From a virus (Duplodnaviria > Caudoviricetes): DNA of 64,000 nt. The notes below the pieces were generated by a model, which saw only the letters and a program-made list of their open reading frames with translations, made no database searches and had not been told where the DNA came from. Location of the stretch: IMG/VR virus record IMGVR_UViG_2912765049_000001, positions 32,001-96,000 of that record; one strand, given 5' to 3'. The translations under genes and the position numbers were made by a program. Of the stretch, positions 8,946 to 19,055 are shown one piece after another. How positions within the stretch are numbered: position 1 is the first letter of the stretch; each line of letters opens with the position of its first letter.

Positions 8946-9733
8946 GCAAACGACCGGTCACCCACTACATGGCCACCCGCCCCGACGGGACGGTCCACCC
9001 CAGCTGCGAGTACCTCGCCCGGTACGCCCGCGAGCACGGCGAGCCCGTCACGACCGTCAACCTCGCCGACCACGTCGGCCAGACCATCGACCACCCCAGC
9101 CCCGGCAAGAAGTGGTACACCGACGCCCCGTTCTCGTACTTCCACATGTACACCAAGCCCGGCGAGATCCTGGAGCGCATCGAGGAGGGCTGGCCGATCC
9201 GGCTGTTCGTCGTACAGCCGCGCGGAGAGACCGGCAACTGGGGCGAGGGCCACTACCCGTACTGGCTGATGTCCCACCAGGTCCACGTCGTAGCGGAGAC
9301 CGACGCCTGGCGTGCCTTCGGGCACCGCGGCGAAAAGGTCCTCAACACCATCGCGCAGGTGCCCGACCTCGCCCGGCAGTGGGCCGAAGCGTGGGCCGCC
9401 GACCCCGACGGCGCCCGCCGCCAGTACGCCGCCTGGGACGAGCGCCTGGACGACACCCGGGCCGTGACCGACTGGGCGCACTGGAAGGCGCGGTACTCCC
9501 GACGCGCGGCCGGCCTCAAGACGGCCTACACGCTCGCCTCGGCCGCCGCGGAGAAGGCCGCGACCGACGCCGGCGCCGACACGGACGTCGTCGCCGCGAT
9601 CAGCCTGCGCGCCCGGTGCCTGGTCGCCGGTCAGCTCCTCCACGACCGGATCTGCTCGGGCGAGTACGAGAAGTCGATCCGCGCGCTGCTGCTCGGCACC
9701 CAACTCGACACCCCCACCCCCGTCGCTGCCTGA
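8942..9733 (+). CDS. Hypothetical protein
   Basis: GGAGGAG RBS, ATGA overlap, strong GC3 bias. Confidence 0.75.
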   Translation: MSKRPVTHYMATRPDGTVHPSCEYLARYAREHGEPVTTVNLADHVGQTIDHPSPGKKWYTDAPFSYFHMYTKPGEILERIEEGWPIRLFVVQPRGETGNWGEGHYPYWLMSHQVHVVAETDAWRAFGHRGEKVLNTIAQVPDLARQWAEAWAADPDGARRQYAAWDERLDDTRAVTDWAHWKARYSRRAAGLKTAYTLASAAAEKAATDAGADTDVVAAISLRARCLVAGQLLHDRICSGEYEKSIRALLLGTQLDTPTPVAA

Positions 9734-9804
9734 TCAACCCGTCGGACCTCCCACCAAGGCCGCCGCCATCGAGGGCGGCGGCCCCGCCTGCACCAAGGAG
9801 CACC

Positions 9805-10425
9805 ATGCCCCGACCCCTGGCCCGGATCCACCGGTCCATTCGCGCCCAGACGATCGGGAACCTCCTGATCAAGTCCAGCGGCGGCCGACTCCAGCGCCGG
9901 AAGAAGGTGGGGATCGGCCGCACCGGCACCCGATCCCCGCGCTGCTCCGGCTTCCTCGCCTCCCAGCAGCACGGCGCCCTGGTCCAGGTGCACTACGTCC
10001 ACGACGAGGGCGACGGCACCGAGACCAGCGAGCGCATCGAGGCCGACCGGGACCGCGAGATCCAGGCCCTCCTGCTGGACGCGGGCTACACCGCCGAGAT
10101 CCTCGACAACCCGAACCCCGGCGCCGTCGGCGTCCACGTCCGGCGCCTGGACGAGCCCACCGAGGAGGAGTGGCAGGCCCTGCGCCTCATCGCCGACCGC
10201 CAGGTCACCCACCGCCCGGGCGCCTCCAGCGTCACCGGCCTCGCCGACCCGGACCTCTTCCAGACGCTGTTCCTCTCCCACCTGGCCACCACCACCCGCG
10301 AGTCCGACGCCACCGGCGCCACCTTCGTACGCCTCACCGAGGCCGGCGAAGCCCTCCTCGCTGACCGCCTCACCACCGGTACCGGGGAGACCATGGTGCA
10401 GGTGCTCGAATCCAAGGAGGGCTGA
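9805..10425 (+). CDS. Hypothetical protein
   Basis: AAGGAG RBS, GC3 bias. Confidence 0.7.
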   Translation: MPRPLARIHRSIRAQTIGNLLIKSSGGRLQRRKKVGIGRTGTRSPRCSGFLASQQHGALVQVHYVHDEGDGTETSERIEADRDREIQALLLDAGYTAEILDNPNPGAVGVHVRRLDEPTEEEWQALRLIADRQVTHRPGASSVTGLADPDLFQTLFLSHLATTTRESDATGATFVRLTEAGEALLADRLTTGTGETMVQVLESKEG

Positions 10426-10427
10426 GC

Positions 10428-11243
10428 GTGGGAGCGCTGAACCTGATCCCCTACGAGCCGCCGAAGAAGGACCCGTCGACGAAGACCGGCGGCCGGGACG
10501 GCGGCGGCTTCGCTGAACTCGCCCACCAGATCTACCAGGACGAACGGGCCGACGCAGACTCGCGCCGGCTCCTCCTCGCGTTCGCGTACGTCATCACCAT
10601 GCTGCCCAAGCCGGCCAACGGGAAGGAGCAGTTCGCGAACATCCGCGAGGCCCTCGGCCGCGACGAACGGCACCGCTACACCGACCCGCTGCGCGCGCTC
10701 ATCGAACACGACCGGCCCCGCTACGTTCCCCCGGACGAGCGCCCCGGCGGCTACGAGGCGTCCAAGCGGACCTGCGTCGGCCCCCGCGTCCGCCCGTACA
10801 AGGAACGCCTCTACAGGGCCGAGCAGATGTCCCTGCCCGCCAGGGTCGAGCAGGAGAAGCGGGACGCCGAGGACTTCCGCAACACCGAGAACGTCTGCGG
10901 CGCACCCGGTAAGGACCGCGTCCTGGAGAAGCTGCCCGGGACCGGCTGGTACCGGTGGCACTGGTTCTGCCAGCGGCACCGCGACCACGCCGCCCGCGTC
11001 CGCGCCCAGGTCCAGGAGCAGAACGAGCGAGCGCCCGAGCCGATCCCGAACGCCGGCGGCCTGCTGCCCTGTTACTACGAGGCCGACTGGGTCCGTCTGT
11101 ACCGGCACTACACCTGGGAGGGCTGGGAGCCGCCCGTGTACGGCGTCCGCGCCGACGACTGGCCCGTCCCCGGGAAGGAACCCGTGCCCCCGCGGGCGCG
11201 ACTGCGGCTGGTCATCAGCAGCGACGAACCGGAGGACGCCTGA
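10428..11243 (+). CDS. Hypothetical protein
   Basis: AAGGAGG RBS, operon spacing, GC3 bias. Confidence 0.75.
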   Translation: MGALNLIPYEPPKKDPSTKTGGRDGGGFAELAHQIYQDERADADSRRLLLAFAYVITMLPKPANGKEQFANIREALGRDERHRYTDPLRALIEHDRPRYVPPDERPGGYEASKRTCVGPRVRPYKERLYRAEQMSLPARVEQEKRDAEDFRNTENVCGAPGKDRVLEKLPGTGWYRWHWFCQRHRDHAARVRAQVQEQNERAPEPIPNAGGLLPCYYEADWVRLYRHYTWEGWEPPVYGVRADDWPVPGKEPVPPRARLRLVISSDEPEDA

Positions 11244-11245
11244 CC

Positions 11246-11980
11246 ATGCGCATACCCGTGAGCTTCCTGCACCAGTGGCGCCCCCAACAGCCGCACAGGC
11301 GGGGATACCTGCCCGGCGACGGGGTCATGCCGTACCTGAAGGAGACCAACCACTCCACCCGCATCCGGCCGGGCACCATCATCGTGTTCGGGGAGCGGAA
11401 GGCGTACGAAGTCGTCGAGGTGAACGAGCGGCCGGTGGATCTGTGGCCGGAGCACTTCCAGCAGGAGTGGGCACGGTTCACCCAGTGGTGGGCGGAGCAG
11501 GTCGTGTCCGGCCGGGAGATGGGCGATCAGCCCGAGCGCGCCACCTGGGAGCACCGCCCCCTGGTCCTCGTCATACGCCCCGCCGACCAGCCCACCGCGA
11601 AGCCGAAGCACTACGCCGTACGCGCCAGCCGCCCGTTCTTCGTCCTGGATGAGCACTACAGCGTCTGCCGTCTGTGCAACGAGATCCCGCCGTGCACCCA
11701 CGTCACCACCGAGGCCATGGTCGACCTCGAGATGGCCAACACCGACCGGCTCATGGCGATCCCGGCCGGCCACTGCCTTGGCTGCGGCGAAGCCATCACG
11801 GCCCGGATGAAGGCCGTACGGTTCCCCGGCCCCAACCTCTGGCGCCCCGACCTCGGTTCCGACTCCGCCGTCTTCCACGCCCGCAGCACCTGCGACGAGT
11901 ACGTGTCCGCCTACCGGCGCCAGTGGGAGGAGAAGGGCCACGACGAGCTGCAGCCCCAACTCCCCGAGGACAGCCCGTGA
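11246..11980 (+). CDS. Hypothetical protein with two Cys/His clusters
   Basis: CRLCNEIPPC, CLGC...FHARSTC; GGAGG RBS. Confidence 0.75.
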   Translation: MRIPVSFLHQWRPQQPHRRGYLPGDGVMPYLKETNHSTRIRPGTIIVFGERKAYEVVEVNERPVDLWPEHFQQEWARFTQWWAEQVVSGREMGDQPERATWEHRPLVLVIRPADQPTAKPKHYAVRASRPFFVLDEHYSVCRLCNEIPPCTHVTTEAMVDLEMANTDRLMAIPAGHCLGCGEAITARMKAVRFPGPNLWRPDLGSDSAVFHARSTCDEYVSAYRRQWEEKGHDELQPQLPEDSP

Positions 11981-12507
11981 CGCCCGCGGCGCCCGGCCCG
12001 TGCGTGCTGCTCATGGCTCCCAGCGGCGCGGGGAAGTCCACGCTCGCCGAGCAGTTGGCGCGCGAGCTGGGCGCGGCCGTCGTCAGCTACGACGCCCATC
12101 AGCGGCGGATGCCCGGGGACACCGGCGTCGAAGCGGTGACCGAGGACGCACTGACGGCGGCATGGGCGGAACTGGCGACCCACTGCGCGGCCGGGACGCC
12201 GGTGGTCGTGGACGGAACCCACTCGCAGCCGGAGCGCCGCGCCCGCGTCCACGCGATCGCGACCGCGCACGGCCGCGCCACGATCCTCCTTGTGCTGATG
12301 GTGCCGCTGACGGAGTGTCTGGCCCGGCAGCAGTCGCGAGGCCGGAAGGTCCCGGCCGCCGACGTGACCCGCCAGCACACGGCCATTACCACCGCCCTGC
12401 CCACCCTCGACGCCGAGGGCCACGCGGCCGTGATCCGGCTGGACGACGCCGTGCTCACCGACGCGTGCCGGGCCGCCATCCACGCCCCGCGGCGGCTGTC
12501 GCGATGA
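11977..12507 (+). CDS. AAA_33/polynucleotide-kinase-like P-loop protein
   Basis: APSGAGKST, VVSYD, VVVDGTH, CLARQQSR. Confidence 0.85.
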   Translation: MTPAAPGPCVLLMAPSGAGKSTLAEQLARELGAAVVSYDAHQRRMPGDTGVEAVTEDALTAAWAELATHCAAGTPVVVDGTHSQPERRARVHAIATAHGRATILLVLMVPLTECLARQQSRGRKVPAADVTRQHTAITTALPTLDAEGHAAVIRLDDAVLTDACRAAIHAPRRLSR

Positions 12508-12710
12508 CCACCCAGCGCGACGACCAGACGAGCCTGCCCATCCCCGTCACCCGCGACCGGCCCGTCGTGAAGTGCCTCGACTGCAAGACCCCGCTCACCA
12601 ACCGCAAGTCCCGCCTCTGGGGCCGGGGCGAGAAGTGTCGGCACGACCTGACCTCGGCCCCCAGCCCGGGCCGCTTCGACGTCGAGCAGGACGAACTCCC
12701 AGACGCGTGA
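12504..12710 (+). CDS. DUF6011-like small Zn-binding protein
   Basis: CLDCKTPLTNRKSRLWGRGEKC. Confidence 0.7.
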   Translation: MTTQRDDQTSLPIPVTRDRPVVKCLDCKTPLTNRKSRLWGRGEKCRHDLTSAPSPGRFDVEQDELPDA

Positions 12711-12779
12711 TGCGGCACGTACTAAGGGACGGCACGTTCATCCTGGCCGAGGCATATAGTCGCTCCTGGCGGCGCACGA

Positions 12780-12901
12780 CCGTCGGCATCCGTGATGGGA
12801 TCGAGAGCCCACGCCAGATCCCGGCATCCGGACAGGTTGTCTCTGACACATCGTGCGATGACCAGCGTCCGCTCATGAGCGGTACGCGCGTGGGGCGTAC
12901 C
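12780..12901 (+). ncRNA. Candidate structured 5' leader RNA
   Basis: Four hairpins plus loop-loop complementarity CCCACGC/GCGTGGG, directly before an RBS. Confidence 0.45.
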
Positions 12902-12912
12902 GGCATGGAGTG

Positions 12913-14190
12913 ATGGACCTGATGTCCAAGAACCGCGCCCGCGACCGGGCAGCCAAGGCAGAGATGGAACGCACCGGCGCCCGCCGCGCCAAAGCCGTCC
13001 GCAAGGTCGACACGACCGGCCAGGACAGCCCGTACCCCGTCAGCCTGGTCGACGACAACGGTGAACGTTGGTACCTGCAGTCCGGGCAGGCCAACGCCTA
13101 CGGCACCCGCAGCCTCGACTGGAGCGAGTCCCGCACGTACGAGGAGATCACCGAGCAGGCCGGGCCCGTCCGGCACATCGACGTCCCCGCCGACGACGAC
13201 TTCCCGCGCATCCGCCAAGCGCTCACGGACGCGGGGCCGACTGCGCTGTCCACCCTCATCGCCGCCCTGCACGCTGCGGCGACCGCCGCCGAGGAAGCCA
13301 CCGGCCGGCCGGAGGACCTGGTCGCTGGCCGCCCCGGCTCCACCGAGTCGGTGATCGTGCTGCAGATGACCCTGGACGTCGGCCCCCGCGTACCCGCCAC
13401 GTCCATCGACCCGGCCTCCCTCGAAGTCATCGCGCCGATCCTCACCCGCTGGGTGACCGGGGAGACCGTCGTCGAGGTGGCCGAGAACCTGGCGCACGTC
13501 CTCGGCGGGCTTGTCGACGGGCTCGGCTGGCACGGCATCACCGACCCGTGGACCCGCCGCAACGTCGCGCCGTACGCCAGCTGGGCCACCAGCCACAGCA
13601 GCAACCCGGTGGGGGCGCACCGGGCCCGTGCCGCCGCGGAACTCCTCGATGAGGCCGAGGAAACCGTCGCCTCGACCGCGTTCCTGCTGGACGCCTCCAT
13701 GCCCAGCGAGCCAGACCCCGGCCTGGTCGGCGACTCCACCATGGAGCAGCTCTTCGCCGCCCTGGTCGCCCGCGCCCTGCACACCTTGGACCGCGACGGC
13801 GCCGAATACCCGGCCCGCGCTGACGTGTTCGTCCTGCCTCCCGGCATCACGGACCGGCCCGACGACGCTCCGCCCGGCTGGCGTCGTGTCGCCGCCTTGG
13901 TCGTGGTGACCGCCCGCCGACCGTGGGAACTCGACGAAGACGAGGACCAGCGCGTCATCACCGACGCCTTCCGGGCAGTACGAGACGCTCTCAACCGCTA
14001 CTGGCCGGGCCTGCCCGAAGAACACGAGCACGCCGCGCTGTCCCTGGACATGCTGGCCGCGCTGCGTGGCCAGTTCACCGCCGAGGCCGTGCGCGAGGTG
14101 TACCGGGACCTGGTCGGCTCGGCCGTGTACCACACGTACACCCTGGGAGCCGACCCGGAGTTGGATCCCAGCGGTCAGCCCCCCGCCTGA
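12913..14190 (+). CDS. Hypothetical protein with basic N-terminal helix
   Basis: SKNRARDRAAKAEMERTGARRAKA; GC3 bias; start 12910/12913/12922 uncertain. Confidence 0.75.
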   Translation: MDLMSKNRARDRAAKAEMERTGARRAKAVRKVDTTGQDSPYPVSLVDDNGERWYLQSGQANAYGTRSLDWSESRTYEEITEQAGPVRHIDVPADDDFPRIRQALTDAGPTALSTLIAALHAAATAAEEATGRPEDLVAGRPGSTESVIVLQMTLDVGPRVPATSIDPASLEVIAPILTRWVTGETVVEVAENLAHVLGGLVDGLGWHGITDPWTRRNVAPYASWATSHSSNPVGAHRARAAAELLDEAEETVASTAFLLDASMPSEPDPGLVGDSTMEQLFAALVARALHTLDRDGAEYPARADVFVLPPGITDRPDDAPPGWRRVAALVVVTARRPWELDEDEDQRVITDAFRAVRDALNRYWPGLPEEHEHAALSLDMLAALRGQFTAEAVREVYRDLVGSAVYHTYTLGADPELDPSGQPPA

Positions 14191-14195
14191 CCCCA

Positions 14196-14235
14196 CGGGG
14201 CCGGGTGCCGACGGGGGATGCAGCACCCGGCCCCG
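14196..14235. terminator. Stem-loop after gene
   Basis: CGGGGCCGGGTGC...GCACCCGGCCCCG, 13-bp arms. Confidence 0.55.
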
Positions 14236-14293
14236 CACCGACCGTACAGCTTGTGCATCGCCGAGAGCTGTACTTGCCGACTTGGACTTCACG

Positions 14294-14914
14294 ATGACTC
14301 GACACCCGTACGCTTCTGCCATGCGCCGCGACATCTACACGCCGGTCAACGCCGAGGACGAGTTCGACCGCGCCGTGGCGCGGCGGAACGGAATCCGGCT
14401 CAGCATGTACGCGGACGCGCTCCGCTACAGCCGCGACCCCGACGCCATGATCTGGCACGACGCGCTCAAGTGGTCCGTGGCCGCGCATAGCGACGGCCCG
14501 CCCACTGAGGCAGCGCATCGCACGCTTGAGGACCGGTTCGGCCCCCGCCTCGATAGCAGCAGCGACCCGGAGGCCCCGGTCTGGTCCGACGCGCTCCGCT
14601 GGGCGGCGCAGTACTTCCGCGGCGAGCCCACGGCGCCGAAGGAGTTCTTCGACCGGTTCGCCGTGGCGCCGGCGTACCAAGGCGGCGAGCCGCCCGCGGA
14701 AGCCCTCGTCGTGTACCAGACCGTCCGGGCCGCCGTTGAACTTGCCAGGCTCGCCGAGGCGATGACGGCCGCCGGGCAGCACTCGGCGCCGATCGCACGT
14801 CAGGCCGAGCAACTGCGTGCCAGCGCCCGCCAGCAGGCCGAGGAGCTGGGCATGCGCGGCCTGCTGCAAGAAGTCGACCGCCGTCTGGGCAATGACTCGA
14901 CGGCGGCAGCGTGA
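14294..14914 (+). CDS. Hypothetical protein with internal DPxAxxWxDALxW repeat
   Basis: GC3 bias; GTGA overlap with next gene; start uncertain. Confidence 0.65.
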   Translation: MTRHPYASAMRRDIYTPVNAEDEFDRAVARRNGIRLSMYADALRYSRDPDAMIWHDALKWSVAAHSDGPPTEAAHRTLEDRFGPRLDSSSDPEAPVWSDALRWAAQYFRGEPTAPKEFFDRFAVAPAYQGGEPPAEALVVYQTVRAAVELARLAEAMTAAGQHSAPIARQAEQLRASARQQAEELGMRGLLQEVDRRLGNDSTAAA

Positions 14915-15669
14915 GTAAGACTCCCGTCGCCAACCGCTCCAGTCGCCTGCGTCGACTCGCCGGCACTCTGGGCGAGAAGTACCAGCTCGACTGGAGTCGA
15001 GGCGAGCACATCGAGCCCGAATACGACGACGCCCGCCGGGAGTGGACGTACCGCTGGACCGACGGCCCCACCGTCGAGCAGATACGGCGCGCCGCCCGCA
15101 AGGCTGACCGGGAGGCCACCGATGGCCTGGTCTACCGGCGCGAACTGTCCCAGCAGACCGTCGCGCTCGGGGCCATCCGGCTGGCCATGGACCCCGCCAC
15201 CGGGGTCGACTTCCGCGACCGCCCGTCCATCACACCCAGCGCCGTCGCGGAACTGTGGCGCACCGTCTCCAAACCGCACCCGCGCGACGCTCGCGAGACG
15301 GCGATGGTCACTGCGATCCTTGCGGAGGCCAACGGCGACCGCGGCCGTAACTGGGCGCAGGACTACGACATCTGCAAGCTCGTCCAGGAACAGGGCCTGG
15401 CCACTTTCCTGCGACGTGCTGGCGTCGAGCTGAGCCCGATCGAGCGGCTGACCGAGCGCTATGCCCCGCCCCGTGCATCCCTGGCCTGGTCGCACCGCCT
15501 CGTTCCGATGACGGCCCTGGAGGCGTTCAGTGCTGTCCAGGCCAATCCGACGGCGAGAGCCGACGCCGTGGCGGACGCGTTGACCCTGCTGCCGACACTG
15601 CACGCCGAACTCGACCAGGCCGCCGCCGAGCTGCAGAGCAGGGTCACTGGCGAAGGGGCGGCCTCGTAG
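14911..15669 (+). CDS. Hypothetical protein
   Basis: Coupled start, WTDGPT motif, GC3 bias. Confidence 0.7.
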   Translation: MSKTPVANRSSRLRRLAGTLGEKYQLDWSRGEHIEPEYDDARREWTYRWTDGPTVEQIRRAARKADREATDGLVYRRELSQQTVALGAIRLAMDPATGVDFRDRPSITPSAVAELWRTVSKPHPRDARETAMVTAILAEANGDRGRNWAQDYDICKLVQEQGLATFLRRAGVELSPIERLTERYAPPRASLAWSHRLVPMTALEAFSAVQANPTARADAVADALTLLPTLHAELDQAAAELQSRVTGEGAAS

Positions 15670-15898
15670 TCTCGCCCCCGTTGGCGCCCGGACCGAGCCG
15701 GTGCCTGCCCCGCTCGTCAATGACGACGGGCGGGCAGTCGGGACAGGAGAAGAGATTCAGCGTGCCGATCCAGCGCCATCCCGCCTCCCACAAGGGGCGG
15801 TACTGCGCCGGCGCAGGCTTCGCGGTGCTCGCGCCGCAGGCGCCGCACTTCAGCATGTCGGCAGCCGCGGCCGTGACCTCCTGGGTGGTGACACTCAT
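15644..15898 (-). CDS. Small Zn-ribbon protein
   Basis: CGAC...GWRW...CPDC. Confidence 0.55.
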   Translation of the reverse strand: MSVTTQEVTAAAADMLKCGACGASTAKPAPAQYRPLWEAGWRWIGTLNLFSCPDCPPVVIDERGRHRLGPGANGGETTRPPLRQ

Positions 15899-16009
15899 GC
15901 AGGGAGACTAGCGGTCTCCGCGGGAGGCGCTTCCGGCCGGTCATCTGCGGCGTAGCATGATCGCCGCGGTGAAACGGCCGCGCCCAGCACGAGGAGGAGG
16001 TCCCTTCCG

Positions 16010-16597
16010 GTGGACTGGCTCATCGCCGCCGCTCAGCAGCCCAGCACGAGCACCAGCCCTGTCTGGCTCGCACCTCTCCTGGGCGGCGTCGGAGCGGTAT
16101 TGGGCGGCAGCCTGACCTCAATGGTCGCCTGGCGCGTTCTGTCCGACACGAAGCAGGCCCGCAAGCGCGCCGAGGAGAAGGAGGCGGCGGCGACCATCAC
16201 TGCCGCACTGCTGGAGGTGCGCCAGATCTACCGGAACACCGATGTCGGGTCCGGGCCGGCGCCCGAGGACTTCGAATACTGGTCGGATTACCTCCTCTCG
16301 AAGCTCGGCAAGGCGGAGGTCGCCGTCATGGCGTTCCGCAGCGAGGCTCTGCGTACGCGCCTCACCGCTTCGCTGGATCTGCTGATCTGGGGATCCCACG
16401 ACGCGCGACTGCTGTACGAGACCCGCCTCGGCAGTTCACGCGCGGTGGCGTACGCGGCGCACCAGGACGCGATGGCCTGCCTCGGCGCGACGCTGCGCGG
16501 GGAGAAGCTGCCCGAGGCGACAAAGGCGTGGAAGGAGGCCGACGGCCATATGCAGTGGATGGCCGAGGAAGAACGACGGGCCACAGAAGAGGAATAG
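16010..16597 (+). CDS. Membrane-anchored hypothetical protein
   Basis: GAGGAGG RBS; Gly-rich TM segment LLGGVGAVLGGSL. Confidence 0.75.
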   Translation: MDWLIAAAQQPSTSTSPVWLAPLLGGVGAVLGGSLTSMVAWRVLSDTKQARKRAEEKEAAATITAALLEVRQIYRNTDVGSGPAPEDFEYWSDYLLSKLGKAEVAVMAFRSEALRTRLTASLDLLIWGSHDARLLYETRLGSSRAVAYAAHQDAMACLGATLRGEKLPEATKAWKEADGHMQWMAEEERRATEEE

Positions 16598-16619
16598 CGC
16601 CCGGCACCAGGCAGCGGGG

Positions 16620-17174
16620 TCAGAAGGCCGCGGCCGGCTGCTGCCCGGACGGCCACGTGCAGCCCTCGCACCGCCCGTTGCGGTCGTGGCCCGCCGTCTC
16701 CCAATGCGTGTGCTTCAGCCGCCAGAACGCCTCCCGGTACGCCTCCCGGGCCCGCCGGCACCATTCCCGCTCCGCGGCGTCGAGGTGAGACCAGCACGCC
16801 CCCGGGTCGTCGACCTCGACGAAGCCCTCTGGCCACTCCGCAGCCTGCCGCGTGCAGGCCCGGCCGTCCTGCCGGGCCCGCACGCACAGTGGCTTCTCGA
16901 GGCCGAGCCGTCCTCCCCACGGCGGGGCGTGGAAGCGTACCCACTCCGCTGGCAGCGTCCGTACGACGCCCGGCGGCGGCAGCCGCACGTCCAGGTGCAG
17001 TCGGCCGCGGACGGCCCCCTGCCCTGCGGGCTCGTGGTCGACGGGCACACCGGTCGACGCCCACGTTCCGGTCAGCCGCTCGGCGATGGTCTGCAAGGTC
17101 GCTGCGTCGCTGGCCACGATGTCGACCACGGCCAACCCGGGCGCGGACACGAGCGAGGGGGTGATGTCTCCCAT
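16620..17174 (-). CDS. DUF6207-like protein with Cys/His-rich C-terminus
   Basis: PGLAVVDIVASD...VRGRLHLDVR. Confidence 0.6.
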   Translation of the reverse strand: MGDITPSLVSAPGLAVVDIVASDAATLQTIAERLTGTWASTGVPVDHEPAGQGAVRGRLHLDVRLPPPGVVRTLPAEWVRFHAPPWGGRLGLEKPLCVRARQDGRACTRQAAEWPEGFVEVDDPGACWSHLDAAEREWCRRAREAYREAFWRLKHTHWETAGHDRNGRCEGCTWPSGQQPAAAF

Positions 17175-17486
17175 GCCGTACGAGACCCCAACCGACGGTC
17201 TGCGGTTGCTGTCACCCGGCAGGGTTCACCCGGCCGAGTGCACGCGAACGGGCCGAGGGCCGAAGTGCCCGCCACGGCGCGGGGCTTGTCCACTACCCTG
17301 GTGTCTGGTCGCCCGGCTGCGGACGGCCCTGGCCCGAGTAGTCCGGCCCGTGACCGGATGGCGACGACAGCCCGAACCCGCTCAGCGGGAATCTGCGGCA
17401 GTGAATCGACAGTGTCCGCTTCCAGGCTCGCCCTGTACGCCAGGCGTGCCCGGGTCACGGGGCCGTGCGCGCAGCGAGGGGACCAA

Positions 17487-18512
17487 GTGGGAGCCAAGAA
17501 CCAGGCGTTGAAGAACGCCGCCCGCCGACGCGCGGAGGAGACCGGCCAGTCGTACGAGGCCGCGCTGAAGGACGTGCGTCGCGAGTACGAGCGCGGCGGC
17601 CTCGGCGAGGACGACCACCAGGAGCCGATGGGCTTCGACGAGGCGGCCGACGCCGACGAGCACCGACCGCGGACCGGAACCACCGGCTACTTCGTGGCCT
17701 GGGGGGTGCAGGAACTCCTCGGTACGGAGCAAGTCCGTGAGGTCGTCGAGCACGGCGAGAAGTGCGGCCAGCCCGGCGCCGCCGACCCGATCCTGTGCCA
17801 CCTGTGCGACCGGCGGATTGACGTCACCCGGGAGCCGGAAGTCCACCTGGGCCTGGCGCTGATCGAGGTCCCGGTCCCCGGCCGGCCGCGCCCCAAGGAG
17901 ACAATGGTGCCGGTGTGGACGCACGAGCAGTGTGGCCGGACCCGCGTCTGGGCCTGGTCCCAGCTCTCCCTGGAGCGGCGTCGGCGCGGCCTTCCTGTGG
18001 ACACGGCGTCCCTGCCGCCCAAGCAGCGCCGGCGGGGCGCCCGCACGGTGGAGGACTACTACGTGTTCACCCAGCCGGAGAACAGCCCGCCCCTCTTCTA
18101 CCTCCAGCCCGGCAGCCCGCACCGCCACGGCCCGGCCGGGTTCCGCGCGGACCGGCTCAGCGACGGCCTGCCCGCGCTGGACCTCTCCCGGGAGGAGGCC
18201 CGCGCGCTGCCGGAGTGGTCGATCGCCGCCGACGACACCGGCCTGCTGCACATCGCCCGGCAGGGCACCGGCCGCTGGTACCAGCCGCCCGCCCCGTGGA
18301 CGCCCTCCGCCGACTGGCTTGCCGCCGCGCACTACCACCGCAGCGCCATCGTCCTGACCGCCCCGGCCGACACGGTGCCCACCGAGCAGCTGGAGGCCAG
18401 CACGGGCGACCTGAGCATCCTGCTCGACGCCGGCCGCCTCGAGGTGCTGTTCGGTGCCCGCATGACCGTCGACTTCGTCCCGGCCGCGGCGACCGGCGAG
18501 GGCGCCCGGTGA
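17487..18512 (+). CDS. Hypothetical protein with basic N-terminal helix and CxxC...HxxC
   Basis: KNAARRRAEETGQSYEAAL; GAGGGG RBS. Confidence 0.75.
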   Translation: MGAKNQALKNAARRRAEETGQSYEAALKDVRREYERGGLGEDDHQEPMGFDEAADADEHRPRTGTTGYFVAWGVQELLGTEQVREVVEHGEKCGQPGAADPILCHLCDRRIDVTREPEVHLGLALIEVPVPGRPRPKETMVPVWTHEQCGRTRVWAWSQLSLERRRRGLPVDTASLPPKQRRRGARTVEDYYVFTQPENSPPLFYLQPGSPHRHGPAGFRADRLSDGLPALDLSREEARALPEWSIAADDTGLLHIARQGTGRWYQPPAPWTPSADWLAAAHYHRSAIVLTAPADTVPTEQLEASTGDLSILLDAGRLEVLFGARMTVDFVPAAATGEGAR

Positions 18513-18967
18513 CCGCGCGGGAGCTGTACGGGTCCGTGTACGAGGGCGTGCCCGACTCCACGGCCGTGCCCACCGGACTGCCGACAATGGACGGCACCCT
18601 GCCCGCGCTGATCCTCATCCCGAACGCCGACGTCACCGACGCTGAGGTCCGCGACTTCACCGCCCGGCACCGGTTCGCCTCCCGGGAGGAGACCGCCCGC
18701 GCTGCCGACTCCCAGGCCCGCTGGTCGCTGGAACCCGACGGCCGCGTGAGCATCACGTTCCTGTCCGACGAGGGGGCCGCCCGGATCGTGCTGCCGGCCG
18801 ATCCCCGGATCACGAACTGGACGTCCTTCGCCCGGCTGAGCGGCGGCAGCATCTCCGTGATGCTGCTCCCCGGCCTGGAGTCGGCGGACCTGCAGACGAT
18901 CGGCCGGCACCTCGCCCGGCCCGACGGCGAGTACTGGCACCTCAGCGTCGGCTGCATCCCCGCCTGA
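18509..18967 (+). CDS. Hypothetical protein
   Basis: GTGA coupling, GC3 bias. Confidence 0.7.
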   Translation: MTARELYGSVYEGVPDSTAVPTGLPTMDGTLPALILIPNADVTDAEVRDFTARHRFASREETARAADSQARWSLEPDGRVSITFLSDEGAARIVLPADPRITNWTSFARLSGGSISVMLLPGLESADLQTIGRHLARPDGEYWHLSVGCIPA

Positions 18968-19055
18968 CGCCCACTGTCGATCACCACGCCACTGTCAGTG
19001 GCGCCCGGCATGCTGAACGTGCCCAGCTTCGGCCACGAGTAGGGGAAGGAACGCG

